Made by a program: the position numbers and the translations under genes. DNA of 64,000 nucleotides from a virus. Lineage: Duplodnaviria; Caudoviricetes. The stretch is from IMG/VR virus record IMGVR_UViG_3300026159_000398, one strand, 5' to 3'. This document shows, in pieces, positions 48,041 to 58,806 of this stretch. Under the pieces are notes generated by a model, which saw nothing but the letters and a program-made list of their open reading frames with translations, was not told the origin of the DNA and searched no databases. How positions within the stretch are numbered: position 1 is the first letter of the stretch; each line of letters begins with the position of its first letter.

Positions 48041-49174
48041 TCATTTTTCCTCACTCATATCTTTTTCATCACGGAATCCTTTAAGAACTCCGAAAATCGG
48101 CTTTCCAGTATTCTCATCATACTTTTGGAACTTAATGGTCGCCATGCGGCCAATAAATTCTTTTTGATGAGAAAGCATGTAATTCCTTTCAGCATCTGTC
48201 CCCATTGGACGAGCTTTGAATTCTTGGCCATCTTTCATCTTGCAAATGATGGCACCAAGCCTTTTGTCATCACCACGTTCAGTGGTAAATCCAACGACTT
48301 CAAATTCCTCGTCAACAAACATCTTGTACTTGAATATTGCATAACTATGTTTGTTTTCGTACGGAAATCCCATCAGTCGAATCATGACACCTTCATGGCC
48401 TTGATCGACGAATTTATCATGCCAATGTTGGATGCGACTTGGGTCTGTTATATAAGAAGGAACTATTTTGACCCTATCGCTTTCTTCCACGAATTCATCA
48501 ATATTCTTGACGCGCACTTCAGCAACATCCATGCTCATGTAGTCAAAAATATTATACTTGATTTTTTCTGCTTCTTTTACGTCTACTTGTTTTGTGGTGC
48601 GAATGATGGATTGAATTTCATTGAAAGACAAATCCATAGAGAATAATTCGCCATCTACCCACGTTACATCTCTCAGATGCTTGCACGCTTCTTTTATAAT
48701 ATCTCCCAGATGAGGAATAGAAACAATTTCTTTCCTCGAACGAGCGTACATTTTTCCAGTTTTGATGTTAACCATGCAACGGTTTCCGTCAAGTTTAGGT
48801 TGTACAATCACCTTCGGAAGATGATCAACCTTTTTGTGATGATTCACATACTTGTCGGCATGCATGATCTTCGGCACTGCCTCATTGACAGCAGTTTTCT
48901 TGCTGTGATCTGAAGTCAACTTACCCTTTACGAGCTCGAAACCTTGATTCATCTTATTGATGATTTTATTTTCAGCAGTGAAAATGGCTTGCTCCTCTGC
49001 TGTGGTTTCGTTTGCTCGACCAATGTTCTTGCCACTTTTTATGACTTGAACCTTGGTATTTCTGGCACCACCTTCTTGGCCCCATTCATAAGTAATTTTA
49101 TTACCATTGACCGTGGCTTTCCAGAGTTGGCTGGTACCCCTTGAGTTCGTCTTCTTCAATTCGTAATTTATCAC
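48041..49174 (-). CDS. ATP-dependent DNA ligase with N-terminal WGR-like domain
   Basis: EWGQ, QPKLDGNR, DGEL, IFD, EGVMIR and FKYK. Confidence 0.9.
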   Translation of the reverse strand: MINYELKKTNSRGTSQLWKATVNGNKITYEWGQEGGARNTKVQVIKSGKNIGRANETTAEEQAIFTAENKIINKMNQGFELVKGKLTSDHSKKTAVNEAVPKIMHADKYVNHHKKVDHLPKVIVQPKLDGNRCMVNIKTGKMYARSRKEIVSIPHLGDIIKEACKHLRDVTWVDGELFSMDLSFNEIQSIIRTTKQVDVKEAEKIKYNIFDYMSMDVAEVRVKNIDEFVEESDRVKIVPSYITDPSRIQHWHDKFVDQGHEGVMIRLMGFPYENKHSYAIFKYKMFVDEEFEVVGFTTERGDDKRLGAIICKMKDGQEFKARPMGTDAERNYMLSHQKEFIGRMATIKFQKYDENTGKPIFGVLKGFRDEKDMSEEK

Positions 49175-49298
49175 TCAGTTTCTCCTCTATTTGGCCTGTT
49201 CCATGACATGAATAACAGTCATACGTTATGCTTCGCTTTTCTGTTTGCATGTACATGGTTATTTTTCCGGTTCCTTTGCACAGCGGACATTTTTTCAT
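49101..49298 (-). CDS. Small DnaJ-type zinc-finger protein
   Basis: CPLCKGTG and CYSCHGTG. Confidence 0.55.
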   Translation of the reverse strand: MKKCPLCKGTGKITMYMQTEKRSITYDCYSCHGTGQIEEKLSDKLRIEEDELKGYQPTLESHGQW

Positions 49299-49402
49299 TT
49301 TTATTCCCTTTGAGATTATTAGTGCTCATATCCGCCTTACCCATTTTTTGCAGACGTTTTAAGACTTTGTCGTCCACAATAACTACTTCTATTTTTGGAC
49401 CG

Positions 49403-52002
49403 TTACCCATTAAGCCTCTTTATGAAGACGTCGAATGGAATTGCCATCACGAGGCCTTCTTCTTTATATGAATATACTTTGCGAAATGCTTTGTTGATAT
49501 TTGGCATGTAAATCCCTTTGGTTATTGCTTCAGTTCCATCGGATTTTTGCCGTCTTTTTTCATGCCACCCCTTGCTTGCCCAGATTTGGAGCGCATAGTT
49601 TCTCGCACCAGCAAAACTCATGAAATGAACAAGTGGTGCTTGAAAAGCAGGAGAATTAACGAACTTGAAATTGACTACCACAAGATAATCAGGCGCCGAT
49701 GTTTTCGCTTCAAGAAGACTTTTGCTCAAAAAGAATTCTCCATCTTGCTTGGTTACTTTGAAGTCAAGTTTCAGATCTTTCAGTATGGCGTCAACATGCC
49801 AACCATTACGTTTTCTCCACTCCTCATCTTCTGAACCATGTTCATAGACACACGGTAAATTAGAAGGCAATGCGTTTATGACATACATTTGTGCCTTGTA
49901 GCCGAAGTCAGCATCCTTTTGGACGAAATTTCTAGCCATAGATGACCTTTCCGAATATAGTGAATTGTATTAAGGCATCTGTGGAAATTGCATCCCAGCA
50001 ACAGGGGTCCATGATGCTCTTGAGACCATCTTCCATGCCATCAAGAAATATCTCACCCTTGAGAACTGCGTTGATGAAAAGAGGCAGTCCTTTGGCGGCT
50101 ATTTCTTCAACAGTCACGGAATACCGCTTGGCTTTTCCATCATCATCTTCTTCTTCATCTTCGAAAATCAGCACACCCTTTTCGTAATTCCATCCGACAC
50201 ATTGAAGGCAGAAGGAATATTCAGGATAGTTTTGAATTACCTCTTTTGCTAATTCGAGCAGTTGTCCATCAGGTACGTCTATGGTCACCTTCATTTTGCA
50301 ACCTCCATGAGACATTGTTTGGGAAAACACCAGACATCATGCTTTCCAAAAGCTACGTAATAGACATTTTTTCTATTGAGAAAATTTTTATCTATACGAA
50401 TTATTTTGCCTTGTTGTCCTAGTCGCCTGTCCATGCGAACGTCATTCCATCCAAGATACGGAGTATGTTTCATCAACAATTCTTTTGCATTTTGCTTGAC
50501 TATTACTTGGTCGCCTACTTTCATTAAAGCCCCCATGGTCCAAATTCTCTCCAGTCCCATCCACAACCTTCGGGTTCAGGACCTTTAAGCGAACGATGTC
50601 CGCCACACTTGTCACAAATTTCATGACTGCCATTTCTTCGTGCACCTTCATGATCACATGCGGCGACTATCTTCTTTCTCATTTCCCATTCAAAATCGCG
50701 CCACAGTTCGTTGAATTTCGATTCGATCAGTTTGTTCAGAATCTGATTGTCATTCAACTCTGTTTGTTTAGGAAACATGAGCCGAAAACCTTTACAGATT
50801 TTCTTTGCCCATTCATCATTTGCTATCTCATACACCATCTTCGGCCTCCGGTTTGGAGCGTTCAAAGATAACGAATTTTCCGAAATGCTTGTCCATCACT
50901 TTAAGAAGATGTTCATAATCTCCAGAAGTTGCGTCTTTATGAAACTCTTTCCAATCAATTCCAAGCTCTTTGCACCACTGCATGGCACATCCTAAAAGAA
51001 CAAACGCGTTCCCATCGGGCCCATCTAGATCGATAGTGATGGGAACGTTGTGACAGCGGGGTTTTTTGTAGCGTATCACTTACATACCTCTCATGAGGTC
51101 GGCGAGAGTCATTTGACGGCTTTTTCTCCGTCTCCGAGTCACCACTTGCTTTTTCGTCTCTTCCTTTTTCAGGCCAGCAATTTGATGACTTTTGATGATA
51201 GCGGGCCTACCGTTCGGCCAATGACTCACTATCCCATTCGGCGTAATTTTATCAATAGTGAATTCTTGCGGCATTGAACGACCTTGAATTCGTACGAGGG
51301 CAGTGTCGCCCGGTTTTATACCTTGGTCGTACACTTGGTCCATCCAGCTCGACTGTTTTTTGTAACGCTTGTCTTGCCAATCACTGACTTTTTGGGCGCT
51401 TTCCTTCTGAACTTTCGCGTCAGTTTTCTTGTTCTCGACAATCGACACTTCAGTCAATGAACTCAACCGCAACGTGTAGACTTTACCATCATCGTCGGTC
51501 ATTTGAACATTGTAGTACTTTCTGCCAATGTTGACGCTCAGTACCACAAATTCACGATTGCGAAACTTTATCCGCTTTCCAGTGAGATTATGGACTTGTG
51601 CACACGTTATCATTAACGAACCCCCAGTTGCATTTTGACGCGATCAGCTGCGAACTTGTACTGCTTGCCATCGTTGCCATTGCAAATGATGGGCATTTTA
51701 TACTTCTTGGTATCGATGCGAACGAGCGTCATCGTTATTCCCATAGAAGTGAACGTCCTTCCAAAATCCGCCGAAGTCAGCCCATAGAATACGCATTTGC
51801 GATTCCAATCAACTTGGGCATTTTCATCTTCCTTGGCGGCTATGACAGCCTCGAGTTTCGTCCGAAAAGTATTTTGGCTGTAGGCGATGTTGCCTATTTT
51901 CAGCTTCACACCAGTTTCAGCTTCGATTTCCGCAAACTTTGCTTCTAATACTTTCCGCATTTGCATTGCGGTCATCTTATTAAACTCAGCTACCTTAGCC
52001 AT
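49403..52002 (-). other. Early operon of small hypothetical genes
   Basis: Tightly overlapping ORFs (51613-52002, 51080-51613, 50828-51079, 50524-50865, 49932-50330, 49403-49939) downstream of an early promoter. Confidence 0.65.
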
Positions 52003-52035
52003 TGTTACCTCTCATTGTTTTGTGTTGTTGATTCA

Positions 52036-52074
52036 TTGTAACATTAAAAGGCGTTTTTGTAAATACTTTTATTA
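52036..52074 (-). promoter_or_regulatory. Early promoter (copy 2 of 3)
   Basis: TAATAAAAGTATTTACA-N17-TACAAT with TG. Confidence 0.8.
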
Positions 52075-52706
52075 CCTTCCTCTCCGAATTCTGGCGACGT
52101 ACTTCATTTGATTCCGAAGCACTTGGTCGTTCTTGGGGCACCACTTAGGGCGCATCAACTTCGGAGAGAATTCATAAATGTATTTACCATGCCCATTACT
52201 GTCAACAACTTTGTCGTGCATGCAAATGGACAATTCATTCCATCCTTCTTCAGCGTAGCAATCACAGTTTTTTCCGCATTTCAAAGCCATACTTCCTCCA
52301 TTATCCGCAAATACATGCTATTCCGAACAAAACTGCTATAAAGCTTTTGGCGTAAAAGCCGTAGCCCAGCAAAATTATTCCTACTATTAAAAGTATTCCG
52401 TCCATGTTCACCTCAGTCATTGATGATCAGAAGACGAGTCTTGATGTTCGGGTCACATGAAACATAGTTGAACCCGTAGATGTCTTCTCCATCCGTATCC
52501 GTACCAACAAAACGGAATTCCACTTCCTTGCCAGTCTTCGTGCTGACTATCGTTACATTGCGGCGATAATCACCAAAATTCGGCAGGCAGCTGATTTCGA
52601 CTGCGATACAATCCCCTTCCTTATTGTAGGAAAACGGGAAGGTAAAATCAGTTTCAAATCTTTGGCTCATTCTTTACTCCCTTTATCTTTTGTTTGGTAC
52701 GTTTAT

Positions 52707-52746
52707 ATCATATCATTAAGTGGAGTTTTTGTAAATACTTTTATTA
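52707..52746 (-). promoter_or_regulatory. Early promoter (copy 3 of 3)
   Basis: TAATAAAAGTATTTACA-N17-TATGAT with TG. Confidence 0.8.
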
Positions 52747-52754
52747 GGACACAT

Positions 52755-52778
52755 AAAAAATCCGCCAGGAAGGCGGAT
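52755..52778 (-). terminator. Intrinsic terminator
   Basis: AUCCGCC-UUCCU-GGCGGAU-UUUUU. Confidence 0.8.
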
Positions 52779-53281
52779 ATAAAAATTTGAATATCAACAT
52801 GTGTACATACGATGAGGTGAATATTCCGAAAAAGAGTTATTGATACAAACTTCTTCTTTTGATTGGAATGCTGTCATCCTGCATCCAATTTCGTCGTTTT
52901 CGTAATTTATGGTTTTCCATACTGCTCCAACGACTTTGTCTGCTGATTTGAATTTTCTGATTGGCGCCCCATTATTGTCTACCATGAGTCCGCCATAAAT
53001 ACAATTTTTACACGGTGCAATCATTGTTATACCACCAAACTTTTAAAATTATTGTGTCTTCTATTTTGTTTTCGTCAATGGCGTATTGGTAACCTTTCTT
53101 GCGAAGAATATCAACAACTGAATTTAGAGTTGGTGTTCCTGTACGAAAAGTTATTGTTTCAGATGGTTTTCCTGCATAAATTGCCCTTTTAAGAATTCTC
53201 ATGCATAATTGTACGTTTTCTTTTTGCAATTTTTTATTTTTTCTTGTGGCAATTCTATTTGCCGTTGTCGCATTAAAAATT

Positions 53282-53830
53282 TCAAACATATAAATCACAC
53301 TCCACATGGTTTAATCTCAACAATGGAATTCCATCATCTTCACTTCTGTTATATTTTTCAGCATAGACGACTTGCTTGACTCCTGCAGCAATCAGCAATT
53401 TTGCACATTGCATGCAAGGAGAAATAGTAAGAAAAATTGTAGAACCGTTTGTTTCAATTCCATTTCTTGCTGCATACCCAATTGCATTTTGTTCAGCATG
53501 AAGCTCAAACATTTGTGAAAATGTGCGATGTAAATTGTAAAAAGTATCAGACTTTAAGAAGTCATCGTATGTTGGATAAATATATTTGTTGAGCATCCAA
53601 TCAAAATCGAAAGCTCTGTATGTCGCATTTTCTGCATGGCTTGAGGTATTCCAAATTCTATGGAAAAAATCTTTGCATTCTTCTTGGCCGCTTGGAACTC
53701 CATTATAACCACATGAGATTATTCGACGATCTTTTGTCAGAACCGCACCAACTTGTACACGAACACAAGTTGAATGTTCAGCCATCTTTTGGGCTATTTC
53801 AAGAAATGTTTCATCCCAATTTTTTTTCAT
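53282..53830 (-). CDS. dCMP deaminase
   Basis: STC.R..VGA, GYNG, HAEQNAI and SPCMQC. Confidence 0.93.
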   Translation of the reverse strand: MKKNWDETFLEIAQKMAEHSTCVRVQVGAVLTKDRRIISCGYNGVPSGQEECKDFFHRIWNTSSHAENATYRAFDFDWMLNKYIYPTYDDFLKSDTFYNLHRTFSQMFELHAEQNAIGYAARNGIETNGSTIFLTISPCMQCAKLLIAAGVKQVVYAEKYNRSEDDGIPLLRLNHVECDLYV

Positions 53831-54558
53831 TCGTACACCAATGCCTCAGGGTCGTACCCTTCAACAATTTTCTTCAGCAAATCAAAGTGCCTTTCGTAAA
53901 CATGGAAACTTCCAGCAAACCAGATCAATTCTCCATATTTCAATTCAGGATACGTCAATGCCAATGTTTGATAAAGTTGTTTGTAAATGTAACATGCCCA
54001 ATAAAAGTCATTGAAGAATCCAAACACTGCATCATTGCTTCGAATAGAATAGATACTTATGAGCTTGTTGTCGCGAATCAAGAATTGATTCGAAATTGTG
54101 CACATAAAATCATGCATTCCATCTCGACAGCAATCTTCATGCATTGAAGGACGTGTGTAAATCATCAATGCTTGACGGCTGCTTTTGTCTCGTTGAAGAG
54201 TCTTGACACAATTATTAAATTGATCGCCATTCTCTTCAGAAAAAACACACCATCCATAATTGCTGTTGACGTAACCACCTTTATCTGCTACTTGTTGCCA
54301 AATTTTGATATCATCAACATGTCCACAAATACTGAGGTCCATACTGAGATACCAATTCAATTCTTTTTCACAGTAGGCTTCATTGGTTCTTTTTGCTCCA
54401 AAATCCAAAATAGGATATGCTGGATTCAGACGCATCATAGAACCAACAACTTCTACTGTTTTTGTAGAACCACTTTCTACAAAGTTGCCAGCAATCAGTT
54501 TCGAATAAAGCTCGCGAAATACTGGCATCACCATTTCTTCATTAGAGTAAAGTGACAT
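53827..54558 (-). CDS. dCMP hydroxymethylase-like (T4 gp42 family)
   Basis: IWQQVA, NSNYGW, IYTRPSM, DFMCT, RSND..FGF.ND and GSFHVYERHF as in gp42, with the cytosine-specifying Asp. Confidence 0.9.
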   Translation of the reverse strand: MSLYSNEEMVMPVFRELYSKLIAGNFVESGSTKTVEVVGSMMRLNPAYPILDFGAKRTNEAYCEKELNWYLSMDLSICGHVDDIKIWQQVADKGGYVNSNYGWCVFSEENGDQFNNCVKTLQRDKSSRQALMIYTRPSMHEDCCRDGMHDFMCTISNQFLIRDNKLISIYSIRSNDAVFGFFNDFYWACYIYKQLYQTLALTYPELKYGELIWFAGSFHVYERHFDLLKKIVEGYDPEALVYE

Positions 54559-55780
54559 CTCCTATTTCCACTCCTATAAGTCTCTTTATATCGTTTACGA
54601 CAACTTTCGCTACATTTTCAAAAGCACTTTGTCCATTGCGAATTCTGATTTGACGAGGCATATCTGATTCAAAAAAATCTTTGTATGTGTCAAGCGCTTT
54701 GTTCATGACTTCCATCAGATTGGAAAAATCATTCTTGACATAGTAAGGATAATGTTTTCCTTGAATTCTTTCGTATTCAAAAACTTTAGGTGTGATGGTA
54801 ATATTACGACAATAAATTGATTCACGATGTGCGCAACCACCATAACGCTCAAGTGTGTAGCCATGAAAACTTATTTTAGAACCCCATAGAAGTCCAAAAT
54901 ATTCCTTGCGAGTAAGAGGTTGCCCATTGTTATGAATATGCAACGCTGGTACCAGCTTCTTGAGGCCCTCCCAATCTGCCTTTTGAGATGGATTGGTGAA
55001 CACTACTTGAAAATCTTGGCGCTGTTCATAAAGAGCATTCACTGCCGAAATAAATTCATGATGATGAGTATAATTGATGTCACTCAAACGATTCAAGAAA
55101 AGAATTGTCGGTTTTTCAAGTTTAGGCCTTTCATGATCAAGAGCTTCACATTCTGAATAACCAAAATCCCAAATGACGCTTTTGGCTGCAATTTTCTTTA
55201 TGAATGATTTGTTGAAAACTTGCTTGGCGTTCTGGAAAAATGCTTCTTTGGTTGATGGACATGTGAAAACGCAAATGTCGCTGCATTCCATACCATCAAA
55301 TTGGCGCCACATGTAGGCAATTTCTTCAGGAACCTTAGGCTCACCAATCATTGGCGTATCCAGCCAGTAACAGCATGTGATCAGTTTTGCATCATGTTTT
55401 TTGTAATGCAAATATGTCTTGATGTTCCTTGATTGCTCAGTGATATTCGACCACACAATATCAATGTGAGGAAGATGATTAAAAAGTAAATCAAACATTT
55501 TTACATCGAAATGTTGACGATTAAGAAATGCATCCACAACAAATGGATATGAGACGAAATGGACTTGAGGGTCGTCCATGATATCTTCGTACCGATTTAA
55601 GTCTGCGAAATTCTCGATATAGTCAATGAGAACATACACATGCAGATCAGGATTGCATCGCGTGAGACGATTGAGAATTCCAACCATCATGTTGATATTG
55701 GAATCTGCAGTCAGCCATTTTCCTTCTTTGTTATAAATCGATTGTTGAAGAATGTAAAGAATGTTTATTTCTTTTCCCAT
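54542..55780 (-). CDS. Putative glycosyltransferase (GT-B-like)
   Basis: 412 aa; ILFLNRL..Y.HH, EY..LL and ERYGG..RESI GT-B-like C-terminal motifs; position next to gp42-like gene. Confidence 0.65.
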   Translation of the reverse strand: MGKEINILYILQQSIYNKEGKWLTADSNINMMVGILNRLTRCNPDLHVYVLIDYIENFADLNRYEDIMDDPQVHFVSYPFVVDAFLNRQHFDVKMFDLLFNHLPHIDIVWSNITEQSRNIKTYLHYKKHDAKLITCCYWLDTPMIGEPKVPEEIAYMWRQFDGMECSDICVFTCPSTKEAFFQNAKQVFNKSFIKKIAAKSVIWDFGYSECEALDHERPKLEKPTILFLNRLSDINYTHHHEFISAVNALYEQRQDFQVVFTNPSQKADWEGLKKLVPALHIHNNGQPLTRKEYFGLLWGSKISFHGYTLERYGGCAHRESIYCRNITITPKVFEYERIQGKHYPYYVKNDFSNLMEVMNKALDTYKDFFESDMPRQIRIRNGQSAFENVAKVVVNDIKRLIGVEIGDVTLL

Positions 55781-56301
55781 TGTATAAAATCCTTGATAAT
55801 TTTTATTTGCTCTTCTAAGTCTTCATTGGTTGTATTGAGTCGAAGTATTTTTTCCTGATGTGGAAGCAAACTTAATGTGGCTTCATACAACATTTTCAAC
55901 CCAAAGACTTCTTCTTCTTTAACATATTCGTCTTCGAACTTTTCCTTGAATCCATCTTTGTGGCAATAAATAATATAGAAGTCAGGAAAAATGCAATACG
56001 CTTTATGAAGTTCATTGAGAAATTCAATGTCAGTTTCGCGATTATAAAGAGTAGAATAAACTCTTTCGCAAACATAATTGCGATCACGAATCATTGAAAA
56101 TCCTATTTGATTAAGAAGAGAATATTCTAGTAAGCCTTCTGCGTGAAGTTTCGCTATGTTGGCTATTGGATTATTCGTATGATACTCTGCATTTGTGGGG
56201 TTATTGAAATACGGAATCTTCAATCGAGAAGATAATTCTTTTGCAATTGAAGTTTTTCCTGCATTGTCATGTCCGACGAAATGAATTATAAATTGTCTCA
56301 T
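55765..56301 (-). CDS. dNMP kinase (thymidylate kinase-like)
   Basis: GHDNAGKTS and IRDRNYVCERVY. Confidence 0.82.
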   Translation of the reverse strand: MRQFIIHFVGHDNAGKTSIAKELSSRLKIPYFNNPTNAEYHTNNPIANIAKLHAEGLLEYSLLNQIGFSMIRDRNYVCERVYSTLYNRETDIEFLNELHKAYCIFPDFYIIYCHKDGFKEKFEDEYVKEEEVFGLKMLYEATLSLLPHQEKILRLNTTNEDLEEQIKIIKDFIQWEKK

Positions 56302-57017
56302 ATTCTCCTCTGTAAAACAAACATGAAGTCACGCGATAATGTTGGATAATTTATAGCAGTTAAAACTCTTGCCATCTGATTTGGAAGAATATTAGCAAAA
56401 TATGATTCAGGGTCGTCAGTCTTTTGAACTATAAAATCAAACATTTCATCGGACATGCTCCATCCAAAAAAATCTATAACTTTAAAACGAGATTTCAAAA
56501 ACCATAAACCAATTATTTCAAAAGATGAATATTCATATTTATGATATTCTGGCCAATTGATTTGTTCATCAATTGAATTTGGCGTGCTTATGAAAAGAAA
56601 CCCACCAGGTTTTACAACATCACAAGCAATTTGTAATGCTTCAATACCTTGTTCTTTGTTGTCGAAATGTTCGATGACATCGAGCATCAACACACAATCG
56701 TAAAGATCACCACGATCAACACATTCTTTCAAAACTTGGATAGTGTCAATTGCCAAAATAAATCTGCGGCCTTGACGTTCAAAAAACTCAGGATTGATAT
56801 TGATGTTGACATCTACTCCGGTGTATTCAAAAATATAATTATCATATTCAAGAAGTCCCGCCATGTAACCAGTATCGCAGCCAATATCAAGAATTTTGGT
56901 GAGTCTATTTTCTTTGATGGTTTTACGGACATACTGGTCTTTCACGAATTTACAGAAATAACCAGGGTCCAAATCCATTTTAGAAAGTTCTTTTCTTAAT
57001 TCACTTGCTTGTTTCAT
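56298..57017 (-). CDS. Class I SAM-dependent methyltransferase
   Basis: ILDIGCDTG, GVD, DVIEH and KPGGFLFISTPN. Confidence 0.88.
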   Translation of the reverse strand: MKQASELRKELSKMDLDPGYFCKFVKDQYVRKTIKENRLTKILDIGCDTGYMAGLLEYDNYIFEYTGVDVNININPEFFERQGRRFILAIDTIQVLKECVDRGDLYDCVLMLDVIEHFDNKEQGIEALQIACDVVKPGGFLFISTPNSIDEQINWPEYHKYEYSSFEIIGLWFLKSRFKVIDFFGWSMSDEMFDFIVQKTDDPESYFANILPNQMARVLTAINYPTLSRDFMFVLQRRI

Positions 57018-57565
57018 ATTTCATATCTATGGAGAATTATATTGATTTGTTCGCTCTGTTGTTTAGAAATAATTCGAGGTCCACGAGAAATGTATGATGG
57101 ATGATAGAATTTCTCAACAGGAATATCGAGCTTCATCAATCGCAATGTAGTGAGTGCCTCATTACCAAAACACATAATCAATTTTGGTTTGATGATGTCT
57201 ATTTGACGTTGAAGATATTCATTACAATTGGCAATTTCATCGCCAGTTAATGGTGAATTTATTGGTGACGAACACTTGCAAATATTGCAGAAAAACATTT
57301 TGTTCATCACAATTTCTTTACCAAGATTTTGAAGAAGGTATTTGCCAATTTTGCAGCGAAGCCATAAGTCTTCATAATCATCAATGAATTTGTTGACATC
57401 AATGTGGTTGTTCTCAAGGCCTGGATTTCGCATGACAACCATAAGTGTAAGATTTTCAGGTTTGCCATAATAGACATGAGGCCAGGGAATTAAACTCGCT
57501 GACCTCAGCCTTTGGCATTTTGAGCAATTAAAAATTTCTTGTTCGAGTTGTTTTAATTTTTGCAT
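57014..57565 (-). CDS. Uracil-DNA glycosylase family 4/5-like protein
   Basis: CSKCQRL, RNPG, NICKC, EIANC and YHPS. Confidence 0.8.
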   Translation of the reverse strand: MQKLKQLEQEIFNCSKCQRLRSASLIPWPHVYYGKPENLTLMVVMRNPGLENNHIDVNKFIDDYEDLWLRCKIGKYLLQNLGKEIVMNKMFFCNICKCSSPINSPLTGDEIANCNEYLQRQIDIIKPKLIMCFGNEALTTLRLMKLDIPVEKFYHPSYISRGPRIISKQQSEQINIILHRYEI

Positions 57566-57754
57566 AAAGTTTCTTTTTTAAATTATCGAATGGGAAAAAA
57601 ACATATTTTCTCCATAAATATGTTCTTGTCCAATAAAACCACGTTCTGAAAGTTTGTTGGCCTGCTCCTCCACAATAAATACAATTTAGTGGATTTTCTT
57701 TGTGGTATAGGGCATCAAGCCCATCTTTGCCACTACCTTTGCATGACCAACATT

Positions 57755-58804
57755 TCATATCATCCCTTTGTCAATGGCATCCATGTACCAAGGAATCAGT
57801 AAATCAAGTGATGCATCAAGAGAATATTTTGCTTCGAATCCGAGAACTTCTTTTGCTTTCGTCGTATCGGGAATTCGACACTGGACATCATGATCGAAAC
57901 CTGGGTCATACACAATTTTAAAATCTTGTGGATGAAACATTTTCATTTGAATTTGGCACATCTTGGTTTTGATTTTATACGCAAGATCATTGACACAAAT
58001 TCCTTCTTTGGTGCTGATGTTGAATGATTCGAACATGGCTTTGTCACTTTCCATGACGGCCAAAATTCCATCAGCGATATCTTCAGCGTATGTGTAATGG
58101 CGAATTTGTTTGCCAGTTCCAAGAATATGAAGAGGATTTTGCTCTTTATAAATCTTATTGATCAGATCAGGAACCACATGGCTCATTGCAAGCTTGATAT
58201 TTCCTGACATGATTTCTTTGTCGTTCTTGGCACGAATTTCGCCAGTTCCTACACAGTTGAAAGGAAGAATAAGTTTGTATGGTAACTTGTATTGCTGATA
58301 CGCGCCCTTGCAAAAGTATTCTACTGCGAGTTTTTGGAATCCATACGTCGTGATTGGAGGCGGAATCCTGAACTCATCACCTTCTTTTGAAGGAAACTCA
58401 GTTGCAGTTTCATACACCATGCTGGATGAAATTGCAATAACATGATTGAGATTGCCATATTGTTTGGCGTAAATCGCTGCATCAAAAGATGAGGCGTTAA
58501 TGCGCTCATTTTCTGCAAGAAGAAAATAAGCTTCAGCGTTGAACATGGAAATTCCACCAATAATGGCAGCACCCATGACGAAAATGTCGATATGTTGATT
58601 GATTAAAACTTCTTTCAACAAATTGACATCTTTGGCATCTCCATAAATATGAAGATAATTCGGATGATTGTCAAAAGTACGTTCAACTTGACCATACTTC
58701 CAATCGTTGTCGAGTCCTACGACTGCATATCCTCTATCAAGAAGTTTTTGAATTGCGTATCCTGCAATAAAACCTCTGTCTCCTGTCCATAAAACTTTTT
58801 GCAT
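57755..58804 (-). CDS. NAD-dependent nucleotide-sugar epimerase/decarboxylase (extended SDR)
   Basis: TGDRGFIA, SSSMVY, YGFQK and G.G.Q.R..TY..D. Confidence 0.88.
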   Translation of the reverse strand: MQKVLWTGDRGFIAGYAIQKLLDRGYAVVGLDNDWKYGQVERTFDNHPNYLHIYGDAKDVNLLKEVLINQHIDIFVMGAAIIGGISMFNAEAYFLLAENERINASSFDAAIYAKQYGNLNHVIAISSSMVYETATEFPSKEGDEFRIPPPITTYGFQKLAVEYFCKGAYQQYKLPYKLILPFNCVGTGEIRAKNDKEIMSGNIKLAMSHVVPDLINKIYKEQNPLHILGTGKQIRHYTYAEDIADGILAVMESDKAMFESFNISTKEGICVNDLAYKIKTKMCQIQMKMFHPQDFKIVYDPGFDHDVQCRIPDTTKAKEVLGFEAKYSLDASLDLLIPWYMDAIDKGMI

Positions 58805-58806
58805 AA

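Noticed and set aside
53827-54558. Ordinary thymidylate synthase ThyA
   Set aside because: Motifs match T4 gp42 including the cytosine-specifying Asp, and ThyX is present separately
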